Assembly: GCA_958295515.1 (NCBI GenBank)
Contig: CATQGW010000001.1
Coordinates: forward strand, 1,187,468-1,251,467
Direction: 5' to 3'
Length of the DNA: 64,000 nt
Source: an uncultured Dehalococcoidia bacterium
GTDB taxonomy: Bacteria; Chloroflexota; Dehalococcoidia; Bin125
Shown: in pieces, positions 9,243-20,315 of the stretch
How positions within the stretch are numbered: position 1 is the first letter of the stretch
Layout: the number at the start of each line of letters is the position of its first letter
Position numbers and translations under genes: made by a program
Notes under the pieces: generated by a model
The model's database searches: none
What the model was told of the DNA's origin: nothing
The model's input: the letters and a program-made list of their open reading frames with translations, nothing else

Positions 9243-10136
9243 GTGCCCTACTTCCATGTCCGCATTACTCCTAAAGCAAATCCCAGCCGGGAGGAATGGG
9301 AGGTCGATCTTTCCCGAGACACAGTCGATAGGCGGTTCCTGAGCCCATACAACACTGGGGACCAGATAGGGATTAGTGGCAAGTGGATCAACCCCGCGGA
9401 CATCGATCGCATCCTGATCTACGAAAGCGAGGAGAATGCGAGCTCTCTTAGTCGACGATACTCTGATCGTATAAGAGGTGGTGGCTACATCCCCAGCCGC
9501 CCTCCGCGTATCGGCGGAATTGAGTCCTATGCTCGAGATGTCACGTCTGAGTTGATCGTCCAGCCGCCGGGAATGGCGCGAAGTGCCGAGCGTGGTCGCG
9601 ATTCAGGTCAGGTTGCGACTGACATGACGAATGTCTTCGTCGTCCACGGGCGAAACTCCGACTTACGCGACGCGATGTTCACATTCCTCCGGGCTATCGG
9701 TCTCAAGCCCGTGGAGTGGAACCAAGCCGTGCTCGCAACGGGCCGCCCAAACCCATACGTTGGCGACATTCTAGACACTGCATTTTCGCAAGCCCAGGCA
9801 ATCTTGGTGCTGCTCAGTCCTGATGACGAGGCGCGCCTACGTGCGCAGTTCATTAGAGGTGGTGAGCCACCGCACGAAGTGGAACTTTCGGGTCAAGCGA
9901 GACCCAACGTGCTGTTCGAGGCTGGAATGGCGATGGGCCGCAACCCGGAACGGACCGTCTTGGTTGAGATCGGCGTGCTCAGGCCGTTCAGCGACATTGC
10001 CGGGCTGCACATCTTGCGCTTCGATGGCAGTACGCAGCGCCGTCAAGAGTTGGCCGAGCGCCTGAAAACGGCCGGTTGCGAGGTCAACATCAGTGGCACA
10101 GATTGGCACACCGCAGGTGACTTCGTCATTGAGTAG
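9243..10136 (+). CDS. Predicted nucleotide-binding protein with C-terminal TIR-like domain (CAP12/Pycsar-effector TIR type)
   Basis: VFVVHGRN, LLSPDD, QARPNVLFEAGMAMG, PFSDIAG motifs; visibly lower GC and atypical codons versus flanks. Confidence 0.85.
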   Translation: MPYFHVRITPKANPSREEWEVDLSRDTVDRRFLSPYNTGDQIGISGKWINPADIDRILIYESEENASSLSRRYSDRIRGGGYIPSRPPRIGGIESYARDVTSELIVQPPGMARSAERGRDSGQVATDMTNVFVVHGRNSDLRDAMFTFLRAIGLKPVEWNQAVLATGRPNPYVGDILDTAFSQAQAILVLLSPDDEARLRAQFIRGGEPPHEVELSGQARPNVLFEAGMAMGRNPERTVLVEIGVLRPFSDIAGLHILRFDGSTQRRQELAERLKTAGCEVNISGTDWHTAGDFVIE

Positions 10137-10237
10137 GCATCGAAGAGCGTCCGTTGCTCGGGAGTAGATGTGGGTTGCGCGAGTGTGCGCAGACACCGCT
10201 AGAGTGCGACTAGGCGGACCGGGGCGCGCGAGCGCGG

Positions 10238-10714
10238 ATGGCTGACCAGAGCGAATCGGAGTCCCCGTTCGGAGCCTCGCTCGGCGAGCCAGCCGACGCG
10301 CCGAACGAGCCTCTCGAACATGCCGACGGCGATTCGAAGGGCGGTGCGCCGCGTTCGGGGCGTGCGCTGCTGCGGCGCCTCGCGCCGATGCTGGCCTTTG
10401 TCGTTGCCGTCGCGCTGGTCGGCTGGGTCGTCTACTCCGGCGTTGAGGGGCTGCTGCGCTCCAACTCGCTCGAAGCGCGCATCACCGCCACCCAGCTGGA
10501 GATCGACGCGCTGCAATGCGAGGCCGACCAGCTCGCCGCGATGGTCGCCTGGCTGGAGTCCGATGAATACGTCGAGCGCACCGCCCGCGAAGACCTGGGC
10601 CTCGTTCGCCCCGCGGAAGAAGCCTTCGCCGTCCACGCGCCGCCGCGCCCCGGCCTGTCGATCATCCGCTCGCCGTGGTGGGCCAATCTGCTCCACGAGT
10701 CGGCCTGCGGCTAG
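10238..10714 (+). CDS. Septum formation initiator (FtsB/DivIC family)
   Basis: One TM helix, coiled coil, LESDEYVERTAREDLGLVRPAE signature. Confidence 0.85.
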   Translation: MADQSESESPFGASLGEPADAPNEPLEHADGDSKGGAPRSGRALLRRLAPMLAFVVAVALVGWVVYSGVEGLLRSNSLEARITATQLEIDALQCEADQLAAMVAWLESDEYVERTAREDLGLVRPAEEAFAVHAPPRPGLSIIRSPWWANLLHESACG

Positions 10715-10726
10715 CGGCGCGCGCCG

Positions 10727-11755
10727 ATGAGCCGCCCGCCGACCGACCGCGCGACGCGCCGACTGCTGCGCCGCGTCGCCGACAACCTGCGCAACGCGGT
10801 CGGAGACGGCAGCGGGCGCGAGCTGATCGTCGCCCTCTCCGGCGGCCCCGATTCCTCGGCGCTGCTCCTGGCGCTGGCCGAGAGCCGCGAGCGCAGCGGC
10901 TGGCGTCTTCGCGCCGTCCATGTTGACCACCTGATCAGCAGCGCCGAACAGCGCCGCGAGTTCCGCGAGGCCGCCGCGCGAGTCGCCGAGATCGCCGATG
11001 TCCCGCTCGATATCCGCAGCGTTGACGCGCCATCGCGCAGCCGCGAGCGGGGCATCGGCATTGAGCAGGCGGCGCGCGAGGTGCGCTACGCAGCGCTGGC
11101 GGCACGGGCGCGCGAACTCGGCGCGGACACCGTCGCCGCTGCGCACACGCGCAACGACCAGGCCGAGACCGTGCTGCTGCACATCCTGCGCGGCGCGCAG
11201 TTGGACGGGCTGGCCGGCATCCGCCCGCTCGCGCCGCTGCCGTACGCCGACGGCGAGCTGCGGCTCGTTCGCCCGATGCTCGACCTCACCCGCGACGACG
11301 CGCTCGCGCTCTGCGCCGCCTGGGGCTTCGCGCCGGTTGAAGACCCTGCCAACCGCGATCTCGGGCTGTTGCGCAACCGCATTCGCCATCAGCTGCTGCC
11401 CCAGCTGCGCGAGATCAATCCGCAGCTCGATGCGGCGTTGTCCCGTCTGGCGGAGGGCGCGAGCCTCGACCGAGCGTTCCTCGATCAGGCCGCCGCGGCT
11501 GCGCTCGACGCGCTGCCGACCGACGATGCGGGAAGCTGGCCGCGCCGCGAACTGGCCGCGCTGCACCCCGCGCTGCGCCGCCGAGTGCTGCGGCTGATCG
11601 CCGCACCGGTCGGTCTGGAGCTCAGCGCCGAGCGCACCGACGCCGCAGAGCGGCTGCTCCACGGCGACTCCGGGGAGGTCGAACTCGGCGGCGGCTGGCG
11701 GCTGCGGCTGCGCCGCGGCAGGCTCGCGCTCCAGCGCTCTGCGCCCCCCTGTTGA
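10727..11755 (+). CDS. tilS: tRNA(Ile)-lysidine synthetase
   Basis: VALSGGPDS PP-loop, EQAAREVRY, AHTRNDQAETVLLHILRG, LVRPML, EDPAN, RNRIRH. Confidence 0.95.
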   Translation: MSRPPTDRATRRLLRRVADNLRNAVGDGSGRELIVALSGGPDSSALLLALAESRERSGWRLRAVHVDHLISSAEQRREFREAAARVAEIADVPLDIRSVDAPSRSRERGIGIEQAAREVRYAALAARARELGADTVAAAHTRNDQAETVLLHILRGAQLDGLAGIRPLAPLPYADGELRLVRPMLDLTRDDALALCAAWGFAPVEDPANRDLGLLRNRIRHQLLPQLREINPQLDAALSRLAEGASLDRAFLDQAAAAALDALPTDDAGSWPRRELAALHPALRRRVLRLIAAPVGLELSAERTDAAERLLHGDSGEVELGGGWRLRLRRGRLALQRSAPPC

Positions 11756-11780
11756 CAGCGAGCGCATCGCCCCCCTAAGC
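11752..11780 (+). promoter_or_regulatory. Sigma70-type promoter of the 16S rRNA gene
   Basis: TTGACA (11752-11757, overlapping the tilS stop) -17 nt- TAAGCT (11775-11780). Confidence 0.85.
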
Positions 11781-11844
11781 TCGTGGATACGCCTGTTGCA
11801 GGCGCGGCCCGCGGCCCATCTCAGGCCGCCGGCTCGCGGTTGAT

Positions 11845-11878
11845 GCGGGTCGTCCTTCACAACTGGAGAGCGGAAGTC
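11845..11878 (+). other. 5' arm of the 16S processing stem
   Basis: CTGGAGAGCGGAAGTC (11863-11878) is the exact reverse complement of 13597-13612; GCGGGTCGTCCTT (11845-11857) pairs with 13618-13630. Confidence 0.85.
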
Positions 11879-11999
11879 CAGTGTACTTGGGTTGACCCCC
11901 AAGACCGGGCGCGGCGTCGGTGCGGCCTTTCGGGGCCGGGGCGGCGGACAGCGCTCGGCGAACTCCGAACCAATCGGCCGGCTTGTCCGGTCGGATCCA

Positions 12000-13493
<1,494 letters not shown>

Positions 13494-13596
13494 AGGGAGC
13501 TTCCATCAGGCCGAACGCCGCAAGGCGGACGGCCGGAAATCCCAGGTCGATCGCCGCCTGCTCCGGCAGGTGGACGACGGGCCAGCTCAATGCGCT

Positions 13597-13630
13597 GACT
13601 TCCGCTCTCCAGAGGCTAAGGACGGCCCGC
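13597..13630 (+). other. 3' arm of the 16S processing stem
   Basis: GACTTCCGCTCTCCAG-AGGCT-AAGGACGGCCCGC is complementary to 11845-11878. Confidence 0.85.
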
Positions 13631-13674
13631 CCCCGCACCCGCGGGGGCAGCCCGCCCCCCACGGCCAACCCCTC

Positions 13675-13751
13675 GGGCCATTAGCTCAGCAGGTTAGAGC
13701 GCAGTCCTGATAAGACTGAGGTCCCTGGTTCGAGTCCAGGATGGCCCACCA
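13675..13751 (+). tRNA. tRNA-Ile(GAT)
   Basis: GGGCCAT/ATGGCCC acceptor stem, anticodon arm CAGTC-CTGATAA-GACTG, GGTTCGAGTCC T-arm, encoded CCA. Confidence 0.98.
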
Positions 13752-13869
13752 CCAACTCTCATAAACATCTCTCCACCCGCCAAGCGGCCGCCTGTCGATC
13801 CTGATCGAGCCGCGCCGCAGCGTCGTGGCAGTACAATGCCGCCGCGGGGGTGCGAGGTACGGTTCGGTC

Positions 13870-15555
13870 ATGCAAATCAGACCCGGTCGCGCTGCGGCGC
13901 TGGCCGCCGCCGCGTTCTTGTTGCTCGTGGCAGTGTCCGCGACCGCAGCCGCCGCACATCCGCTCTCCTCCGCCGTGTCTGCAACGGCGGCCCGCAGCCC
14001 GGCTACCGCTGACGTGAATCTGTCGTCGACGCCCAGGCAGTGCATCTGGATGTACGACAGCCTCGCCGCCTCACCTGAATTCTCCGTCGCCGGCGCCGCC
14101 GTCATTGGCAAACGAACCAGCTCCGACGCGCCCCTCCCCTGCTCGCGCCTCGTCGTGCTCGCCCGCTGGGCGGCAATCACCGACCAGCGCCGCGACGTGC
14201 TCGACCTGGCGCGCAGCGATGTGGAGCGCATCCTGCGCGGCGACCTGACCGACTGGTCCGAGCTCGGCGGCAGCGCGCAGCCGATTCGCGTCTGGCTGCC
14301 CGCCTCGCAGACCGCTGCGATCGCCGCCGCGTTCAACCTGCCCCGCTCCGCGCTGGCCGCAGAAACGCTGCCCGACGACGAAATCGCCGATCGCGTCGCG
14401 TCCACGCCCGGCGGCTTCGCGCTGATCGAGCCCGAACGCCTGCGCCTCGGGGTGCTGGCGCTCACCGTCGACGGCCACGATCCCTACCGCGACCCCGCCC
14501 GCCTCTCCCCGCTGCGCATCGTGCGCTGGGTGCGCGCGCCCGTCTCCGCAGGCGCAGACCTTCCCCTCGATGCCGCGCCCGCGTTCGACCCCGCCGGCAT
14601 GCTCGTCACCGGTGAGCTGATCCCCGTTCGCTGCACCAACCACGTGCTGAACGCGCTCGACGACTACCACGCGATGTTCGACGGCGTGCGCCGCGCGGTC
14701 CGCGCCGCCGACATCGCCGTCGCCGCGCTCGAATCCCCGCTCACCGAGCGCGGCGGCCCCACCCCCTGCGTGGAAACCGTCATTCTCCAGGGCAGCCCCC
14801 GCGTCGTGCCGGCCCTCGCCGCCGCCGGGCTCGATGTCATACTCACCATCGGCAACCACATGCTCGACTGTTGGGGGGCCTGCGGCGGCGTCGAAGCGCT
14901 CTACGAAACACTCGAACGGCTGCGCAGCGCCGGCATCGCCGCCGCCGGCGCGGGCGAAAACCTCTCCGCCGCCCGCGCCCCCGCCGTACTGAGCATCCCC
15001 ACTGCGCACGGCCCCGTCCGCTTCGCCTTCCTCGGCTACGACTACATCGCACCCTGGTACCACGCAACCGACGAGAAACCCGGTATCGCCCCGCTCGACG
15101 CCGAAAACGTGCGGGAGGATATCGCGGCGGCTCTCAGTATCGCCGATCACGTCATCGTCGGCGCAAATTGGGGCGTCGAGTACACCAGCAACCCCATCGC
15201 ATTCCAGCGCGACATCGCCGCTGTCGCCGTCGAGGCCGGCGCGACCTTCCTTTTCGGCAACCATCCCCACTGGGTACAGGCCGTCGAACACTTCGACGAC
15301 GCGCTCGTCGCCTATTCCTTCGGTAACTTCATCTTCGACCAGGACTGGTCCGTCCAAACCACCCAGGGCATGCTGATGGAACTCGGCTTCACCGCCGACC
15401 GCCTGATCGGTTACCGCATCCGCCCCGTAGCGATCCGCGCCCATAGCAGCCAACTCCCCTGGCGCTACCGCCCCGACTTCGTCCACCCCGCCGCCGAAGG
15501 CCGCCCCATCCTCACCCGCATCTGGAACGCCCAAGACCGCCTGCCGGCGCGCTGA
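13870..15555 (+). CDS. Secreted CapA/PGA_cap family metallophosphatase with N-terminal binding-protein-like region
   Basis: Signal peptide; ALESP, TIGNHMLD, AGAGEN, NWGVEY, GNHPHWVQ, YSFGNFIFDQ motifs; start moved to ATG 13870. Confidence 0.85.
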   Translation: MQIRPGRAAALAAAAFLLLVAVSATAAAAHPLSSAVSATAARSPATADVNLSSTPRQCIWMYDSLAASPEFSVAGAAVIGKRTSSDAPLPCSRLVVLARWAAITDQRRDVLDLARSDVERILRGDLTDWSELGGSAQPIRVWLPASQTAAIAAAFNLPRSALAAETLPDDEIADRVASTPGGFALIEPERLRLGVLALTVDGHDPYRDPARLSPLRIVRWVRAPVSAGADLPLDAAPAFDPAGMLVTGELIPVRCTNHVLNALDDYHAMFDGVRRAVRAADIAVAALESPLTERGGPTPCVETVILQGSPRVVPALAAAGLDVILTIGNHMLDCWGACGGVEALYETLERLRSAGIAAAGAGENLSAARAPAVLSIPTAHGPVRFAFLGYDYIAPWYHATDEKPGIAPLDAENVREDIAAALSIADHVIVGANWGVEYTSNPIAFQRDIAAVAVEAGATFLFGNHPHWVQAVEHFDDALVAYSFGNFIFDQDWSVQTTQGMLMELGFTADRLIGYRIRPVAIRAHSSQLPWRYRPDFVHPAAEGRPILTRIWNAQDRLPAR

Positions 15556-15576
15556 GGCGGCCTCGCCGAATAAGTC

Positions 15577-15605
15577 TTGCGCATAGCGGCGTTCGACCGT
15601 ATAAT
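15577..15605 (+). promoter_or_regulatory. Sigma70-type promoter giving a probably leaderless helicase mRNA
   Basis: TTGCGC -17 nt- TATAAT, then 6 nt to ATG 15612. Confidence 0.75.
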
Positions 15606-15611
15606 AGGTAG

Positions 15612-18600
15612 ATGAGCAAGTGGGCAGGCGTTGATGGTGAGATCGGACAATACGTCCGCGATGAGTCGCAGCGGACGCTGGATGCCTATCGCGCCCAGCC
15701 GAATCTGGTCGAGGAGCAAGCGAACCAGGAGCAGGACACCGCTCGTGGGGGCTACGCAGACCGCCAGATAGTCGAACTCGTCCAAAACAGCGCGGATCAG
15801 CTGGCCAAAGCTAGCGGCGGACGCGTCTACATCCAGCTCACTGAGTCATATCTCTACTGTGCCGACGACGGTGCGCCGCTCGGCAAGGAAGGAGCGAAGG
15901 CGCTGCTCTTCTCGCATCTCTCGCCCAAGCGAGCGACGGCGGAGATCGGGCGTTTTGGCGTGGGCTTCAAGTCGGTTTTGCGCGTCACCGATAAGCCGGC
16001 GGTGTTCAGCCGCAGCGGCTCGATTCAGTTCGACAGGCAGAGAGCCAAACAGCGCATCGCCAAGGTCGCGTCGGAGGTCAGTGCCTATCCGGTGCTGCGC
16101 ATTGCAGAACCGATCGATCCGGAGGCTGCGGCGAAAGCCGATCCCGAACTCGCGAGGCTGATGGGCTGGGCGCGAAATGTTGTCCGCCTCTCGCTCAAGC
16201 GGGAGGCGCGCGAGCACCTCGCTGACCAGCTCCGCGCGTTCGCGCCTGAGTTTTTGCTCTTTGTGCCGCATGTCCGTCAGCTGGACATGGTGGGTGACGC
16301 TGACGACGAATCACGCCGTATTCGGTTGACCGATGCGGGTGGACAATTCGAGCTCAACGACGGCAACCAGCGGTCGTGGTGGATGATCTTCGGTCGCTCG
16401 CACGAGCTGACCGACCGCGCGAAAGGCGACAGTCAAGTATTTGATGATGCGGAGCGTGTCAATATGGCGTGGGCGGCGCCGCTGGACGCACGCAATCCGC
16501 TTCAGCAATTTTGGGCGTTCTTCCCGACCCAAACCAGCAGCTTGGTGGCGGGCATCCTCAACGCGCCGTGGAAGACGAACGAGGATCGGCAGAGCTTGCT
16601 TCCGGGCGTCTACAACGACGAGTTGATCGGTGCGGCGGCGCAGCTGGTCGCCGACTCGTTGCCGAGCCTGCCGACGCCGGAGGACCCGGCGCGGCACTTG
16701 GACGCGCTGCCGCGTCGCGCGGAAGCTGGCGACAACGACCAAGCAGACCTGCTGCGCCGGCGTCTGTATGGGCGACTCGAAGATGCGCCGATCATCCCTG
16801 ACCAGGAGGGCGTGTTGCGACGCATCCGGGACTTGCAGATTCCGCCTGCCGAGTTGACGCCGGGACAACGCGTCGAGTCTGCACCCTTGGATCGATGGCG
16901 CGCCTATGAACACCACCCGATCGATTGGGTGCACCACAACGCGCTGACCAGCGATCGCCTTGCGGTGATCGGCAGAATCAACGTGGGAGGGAGGCTCGAT
17001 CGTGGTTACCCGCATCGTGCTGAGATCGCGACATGGCTCACCGCGCTGGTCCACGAAGGACAGAATCGGGACGATGCGATTCGAGCCTCAATGGCGGCGA
17101 TTCAGGCAGCGACGCTGATTCCGGGATCTGTCCGTAAGGGCAAAGACTTGGGGCGTATCGTGTTCACGGCTGGCAACGCGTGGGCACCGCTCGATCCGGA
17201 CTCGATTCACCTCGGTGGCGATGATCCCTCCGCGTCCGTTCATTCGGAACTGGAAGCGGACCCAGAAACGCTGAAGGCATTGCAATCTCTGGGCATCAAA
17301 CCGCTGTCCCCCGAAAGCGCGTTTCGGCGAGTTGCCGCAACGCTCCTTGGCAGTGGTGAGGGCAACGCTGTCGTTCAGGGTGCGGACGATCTGTTGGAGG
17401 TGTTCTGGAGCCTCAGCCGCAACCTTGACTCACGTTCAGCGGCGGCGGAGATCACGTCGCATGACGATTGGATGAACCGGCTCAGAGTAAAGACAATCTC
17501 CGGAAGCTGGCAGCCCGTCTCGCGGACGCTGTTGCCTGGTGACATCGTACCGGCAGACGGCAGTCGAGACACCGCAGTAGCGATCGATATTCAATTCCAC
17601 AGCAACGATCATTCACTTCTCATCGATCTCGGGATGGATGACATGCCGCGTGCGTGTGAGGTAAGCAGTCACGTTCCCGAGTTCCTCGACGACTACGTTT
17701 CGGCATGTATTGATCGGTTTGTTCAGGAAGCTCATCCGAAACGACCTCGACGGGAACTGGTGTACCTGTACGCCAGGCACGATGTTGAACCACTCGACAC
17801 CCTTCCCATACTGACGGATGCTGGTCGCTTAGCGTTCACAGACGCATTATTGCAGCTGGACCCATCGTATGACGAATGGACTGTGCGGCACAGCACTCAA
17901 GGCAATTATCCGACTGTCAAGGTTAACTCCTTTGCGGTCGAGGCTCTCCGCCAATTCGGTCGTGTCGAGACCTCTGTCGGCATTCAGCCGCTTGCCGATG
18001 GCCTGGGCGATACGCCGAAGAATCGCGAAGTGCAGCGGTGGCTTCTCGAACATCCGAAGACGCGACAGATTCGCGAAGTCTTTCCCGATTTGCAGGTCGC
18101 CCATGACGGCGAGGTTGAGGTTGTAGGCGACGACGAACCGATCCCGTTGCTTGATGTCTGGCCCGGCTTGGCGATGCACATAAGGCCCGAAGATCAACAT
18201 CTCCAGCTCACTCGCTGTGATCGAATCTTGGATGCCGCGACAGGGGATGTGGTGCTGTTCGATTGCGTGCAGCGCGGCAACGCATTGTTCGTGGTGTGGA
18301 AGGACGACGAGCGTGCGGAGCTTGCCGCTGTCGTGACGCACCTGAAGCTGGAGATCGATGAGCAGGTACTCGACGCGATCCTACGGCGCGACACACCAGC
18401 CGACATTGAGGCGGCAAGGGCGCGAGTGCGGGAGCAGACGACCGACGCAGCGCGGCTTCTTACGGCTGTCGGAGAGAAGAACCTTCTGGCCGGACTGCCC
18501 GCCGCACTCGTTGGGCTTCTTGCTGGAGATACCCCGGCGTTCACGGAACTGGAGGTTGCGAAGGCAGCGATTGCAACATTCCATAGCGGAGCGCTGCGAG

Positions 18601-20039
18601 AGTACCGACACAGGATTGGACATTTGGGGCCGCCGAGGATGTGGGCAGGCGGCCGACAGGCATTGGAGTTCGTTGCGTCGCTTGGCTTCGGTCCCGAGTG
18701 GGCGGGCAGGCCTAGTCCCAAGCGGTCGCCGTTCGTTGATGTGCCCGGCCCGCGGTCGCTCCCCGACCTACACGATTACCAGGAAACCATCGTCGGGAAC
18801 GTCAGAGCGATGCTCCGCCGCGAGCATCCGTCCGGCGAGAACCGCGGGCTACTGAGCATGCCTACGGGTTCAGGCAAGACTCGTGTCGCGGTGCAAGCCC
18901 TCATCGAGGTGATCCGCGACGACGACTTCGGCGGCACTGTGCTTTGGGTCGCTGATCGCGACGAGCTCTGCGAGCAGGCGGTGGAGGTCTGGCAACAGGC
19001 GTGGGCGAGCATCGGACCCGAAGCGGCGCCGCTGCGCGTCTCGCGGTGGTGGGCGGGTCAACGTACGCCGCAAGCGCCGGGCGGCCATCACGTCATCGTG
19101 GCCACGATCCAAACGTTGCGGGCGCGCATTGAGCGCGGCTCCTCAGCTGCCGATGTACTCGGTGATGTGACCGCCCTCGTCGTTGACGAAGCGCACGGCT
19201 CGATTGCACCGTCTTACACGCAACTCATGTCGGAGCTGAGACTGACGTTCCGTCGGACGGACGACGAGATTGCCCTGCTGGGGCTGACGGCGACGCCGTA
19301 TCGGGGGCTTGACGCGACCGAAACTGAGCGGCTCGTCAGGCGCTACGGATCGAATCGGTTGGACTTTGGCGCGTTTGGCAGCGACGACCCTGAGAAGGTG
19401 ATCCGGCAGCTGCAGGAGATGACTGTGCTGACGGAAGTCGACCACACAGTGATCGGCGGTATCACCGTTCAGCTCACCGACGCGGAGAAGATACAAGCGG
19501 AGGACAGGCCGTGGCTGCCGGACTCTGTTGAGGAACGCCTGGCGGCGGACGCGAACCGCACCAAGGCGATCATTCGCGCATACAAGACGCAGGTTCGGTC
19601 CATCGGCGCCAACGTGCCCACGTTGATCTTCGCCACATCCGTCGCTCACGCTGAGACGATTGCGGCGGTGCTCTCGCTGGACGGCGTCGCCGCGCGTGCC
19701 GTGAGTGGAAATACCGAGACATCGGTCCGCCGCAGCATCGTTGAGCAGTTCCGCGCCGGCGAGATCGATGTGCTGGTCAACTACGGCGTCTTCCGCGAAG
19801 GGTTCGACGCGCCCAAAACTCGCGCAATCATCGTCGCACGGCCGGTCTACAGCCCCAACCTCTACTTCCAGATGATCGGGCGCGGCCTGCGCGGCGAGCT
19901 CAACGGTGGCAGCGACCGCTGCCTGATTCTCGATGTCGAGGACAACATCCAGAACTTTGACCGCGCCCTCGCCTTCTCCGAGCTCGATTGGCTCTGGGCT
20001 GAGTCGCGCGACGCCCAAATTGCCCGCACTCGGCTGTAG
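15612..20039 (+). CDS. Sacsin-type GHKL ATPase fused to a C-terminal SF2 (DEAH, ResIII-like) helicase, 1475 aa
   Basis: N-term ELVQNSAD, ADDGAP, IGRFGVGFKSV; C-term LHDYQ, MPTGSGKT, VVDEAH, GLTATP, REGFDAP, QMIGRGLRG; lower GC than flanks. Confidence 0.88.
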   Translation: MSKWAGVDGEIGQYVRDESQRTLDAYRAQPNLVEEQANQEQDTARGGYADRQIVELVQNSADQLAKASGGRVYIQLTESYLYCADDGAPLGKEGAKALLFSHLSPKRATAEIGRFGVGFKSVLRVTDKPAVFSRSGSIQFDRQRAKQRIAKVASEVSAYPVLRIAEPIDPEAAAKADPELARLMGWARNVVRLSLKREAREHLADQLRAFAPEFLLFVPHVRQLDMVGDADDESRRIRLTDAGGQFELNDGNQRSWWMIFGRSHELTDRAKGDSQVFDDAERVNMAWAAPLDARNPLQQFWAFFPTQTSSLVAGILNAPWKTNEDRQSLLPGVYNDELIGAAAQLVADSLPSLPTPEDPARHLDALPRRAEAGDNDQADLLRRRLYGRLEDAPIIPDQEGVLRRIRDLQIPPAELTPGQRVESAPLDRWRAYEHHPIDWVHHNALTSDRLAVIGRINVGGRLDRGYPHRAEIATWLTALVHEGQNRDDAIRASMAAIQAATLIPGSVRKGKDLGRIVFTAGNAWAPLDPDSIHLGGDDPSASVHSELEADPETLKALQSLGIKPLSPESAFRRVAATLLGSGEGNAVVQGADDLLEVFWSLSRNLDSRSAAAEITSHDDWMNRLRVKTISGSWQPVSRTLLPGDIVPADGSRDTAVAIDIQFHSNDHSLLIDLGMDDMPRACEVSSHVPEFLDDYVSACIDRFVQEAHPKRPRRELVYLYARHDVEPLDTLPILTDAGRLAFTDALLQLDPSYDEWTVRHSTQGNYPTVKVNSFAVEALRQFGRVETSVGIQPLADGLGDTPKNREVQRWLLEHPKTRQIREVFPDLQVAHDGEVEVVGDDEPIPLLDVWPGLAMHIRPEDQHLQLTRCDRILDAATGDVVLFDCVQRGNALFVVWKDDERAELAAVVTHLKLEIDEQVLDAILRRDTPADIEAARARVREQTTDAARLLTAVGEKNLLAGLPAALVGLLAGDTPAFTELEVAKAAIATFHSGALREYRHRIGHLGPPRMWAGGRQALEFVASLGFGPEWAGRPSPKRSPFVDVPGPRSLPDLHDYQETIVGNVRAMLRREHPSGENRGLLSMPTGSGKTRVAVQALIEVIRDDDFGGTVLWVADRDELCEQAVEVWQQAWASIGPEAAPLRVSRWWAGQRTPQAPGGHHVIVATIQTLRARIERGSSAADVLGDVTALVVDEAHGSIAPSYTQLMSELRLTFRRTDDEIALLGLTATPYRGLDATETERLVRRYGSNRLDFGAFGSDDPEKVIRQLQEMTVLTEVDHTVIGGITVQLTDAEKIQAEDRPWLPDSVEERLAADANRTKAIIRAYKTQVRSIGANVPTLIFATSVAHAETIAAVLSLDGVAARAVSGNTETSVRRSIVEQFRAGEIDVLVNYGVFREGFDAPKTRAIIVARPVYSPNLYFQMIGRGLRGELNGGSDRCLILDVEDNIQNFDRALAFSELDWLWAESRDAQIARTRL

Positions 20040-20059
20040 CCGATACCCTCTCACCAAGC

Positions 20060-20135
20060 GGGGCCGTAGCTCAGCTGGGAGAGCGCCGCCCTTGCACGGC
20101 GGAGGTCAGGGGTTCGAGCCCCCTCGGCTCCACCA
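20060..20135 (+). tRNA. tRNA-Ala(TGC)
   Basis: GGGGCCG/CGGCTCC acceptor stem with G3-U70, anticodon arm CCGCC-CTTGCAC-GGCGG, GGTTCGAGCC, encoded CCA. Confidence 0.98.
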
Positions 20136-20145
20136 TTCGCCCCGT

Positions 20146-20173
20146 TTGCCCCTTTGGCCTGGCGTGCTATCCT
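20146..20173 (+). promoter_or_regulatory. Putative dedicated promoter of the 5S rRNA gene
   Basis: TTGCCC (20146-20151) -16 nt- extended -10 TG-C-TATCCT (20165-20173); 5S begins 7 nt later. Confidence 0.6.
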
Positions 20174-20179
20174 GCCTGT

Positions 20180-20300
20180 GGGCTGGTGATTAGAGCGCGG
20201 TGGTCCCACCCGTTCCCATCCCGAACACGGCAGTGAAACGCCGCAGCGCCGACGATACTGGGGGGGCAACTCCCTGCGGAAAATAGGCCATTGCCAGCCC
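20180..20300 (+). rRNA. rrf: 5S ribosomal RNA
   Basis: GGGCTGG/CCAGCCC helix I; CCACCCGTTCCCATCCCGAACACGGCAGTGAAAC; GCGCCGACGATACT; GGAAAATAGG. Confidence 0.97.
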
Positions 20301-20315
20301 CTCTCACGCCTCACC

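Noticed and set aside
15551-20022. att-like direct repeats flanking the helicase (GCTGAG..CGCC.AA at 15551 and 19998)
   Set aside because: Only about two-thirds identity with a gap in GC-rich DNA; no duplicated tRNA 3' end and no integrase.
13494-20179. Hidden or fragmented 23S rRNA between 16S and 5S
   Set aside because: The interval is accounted for by the spacer, two tRNAs and two protein genes; I recognised no conserved 23S motif anywhere in the window.
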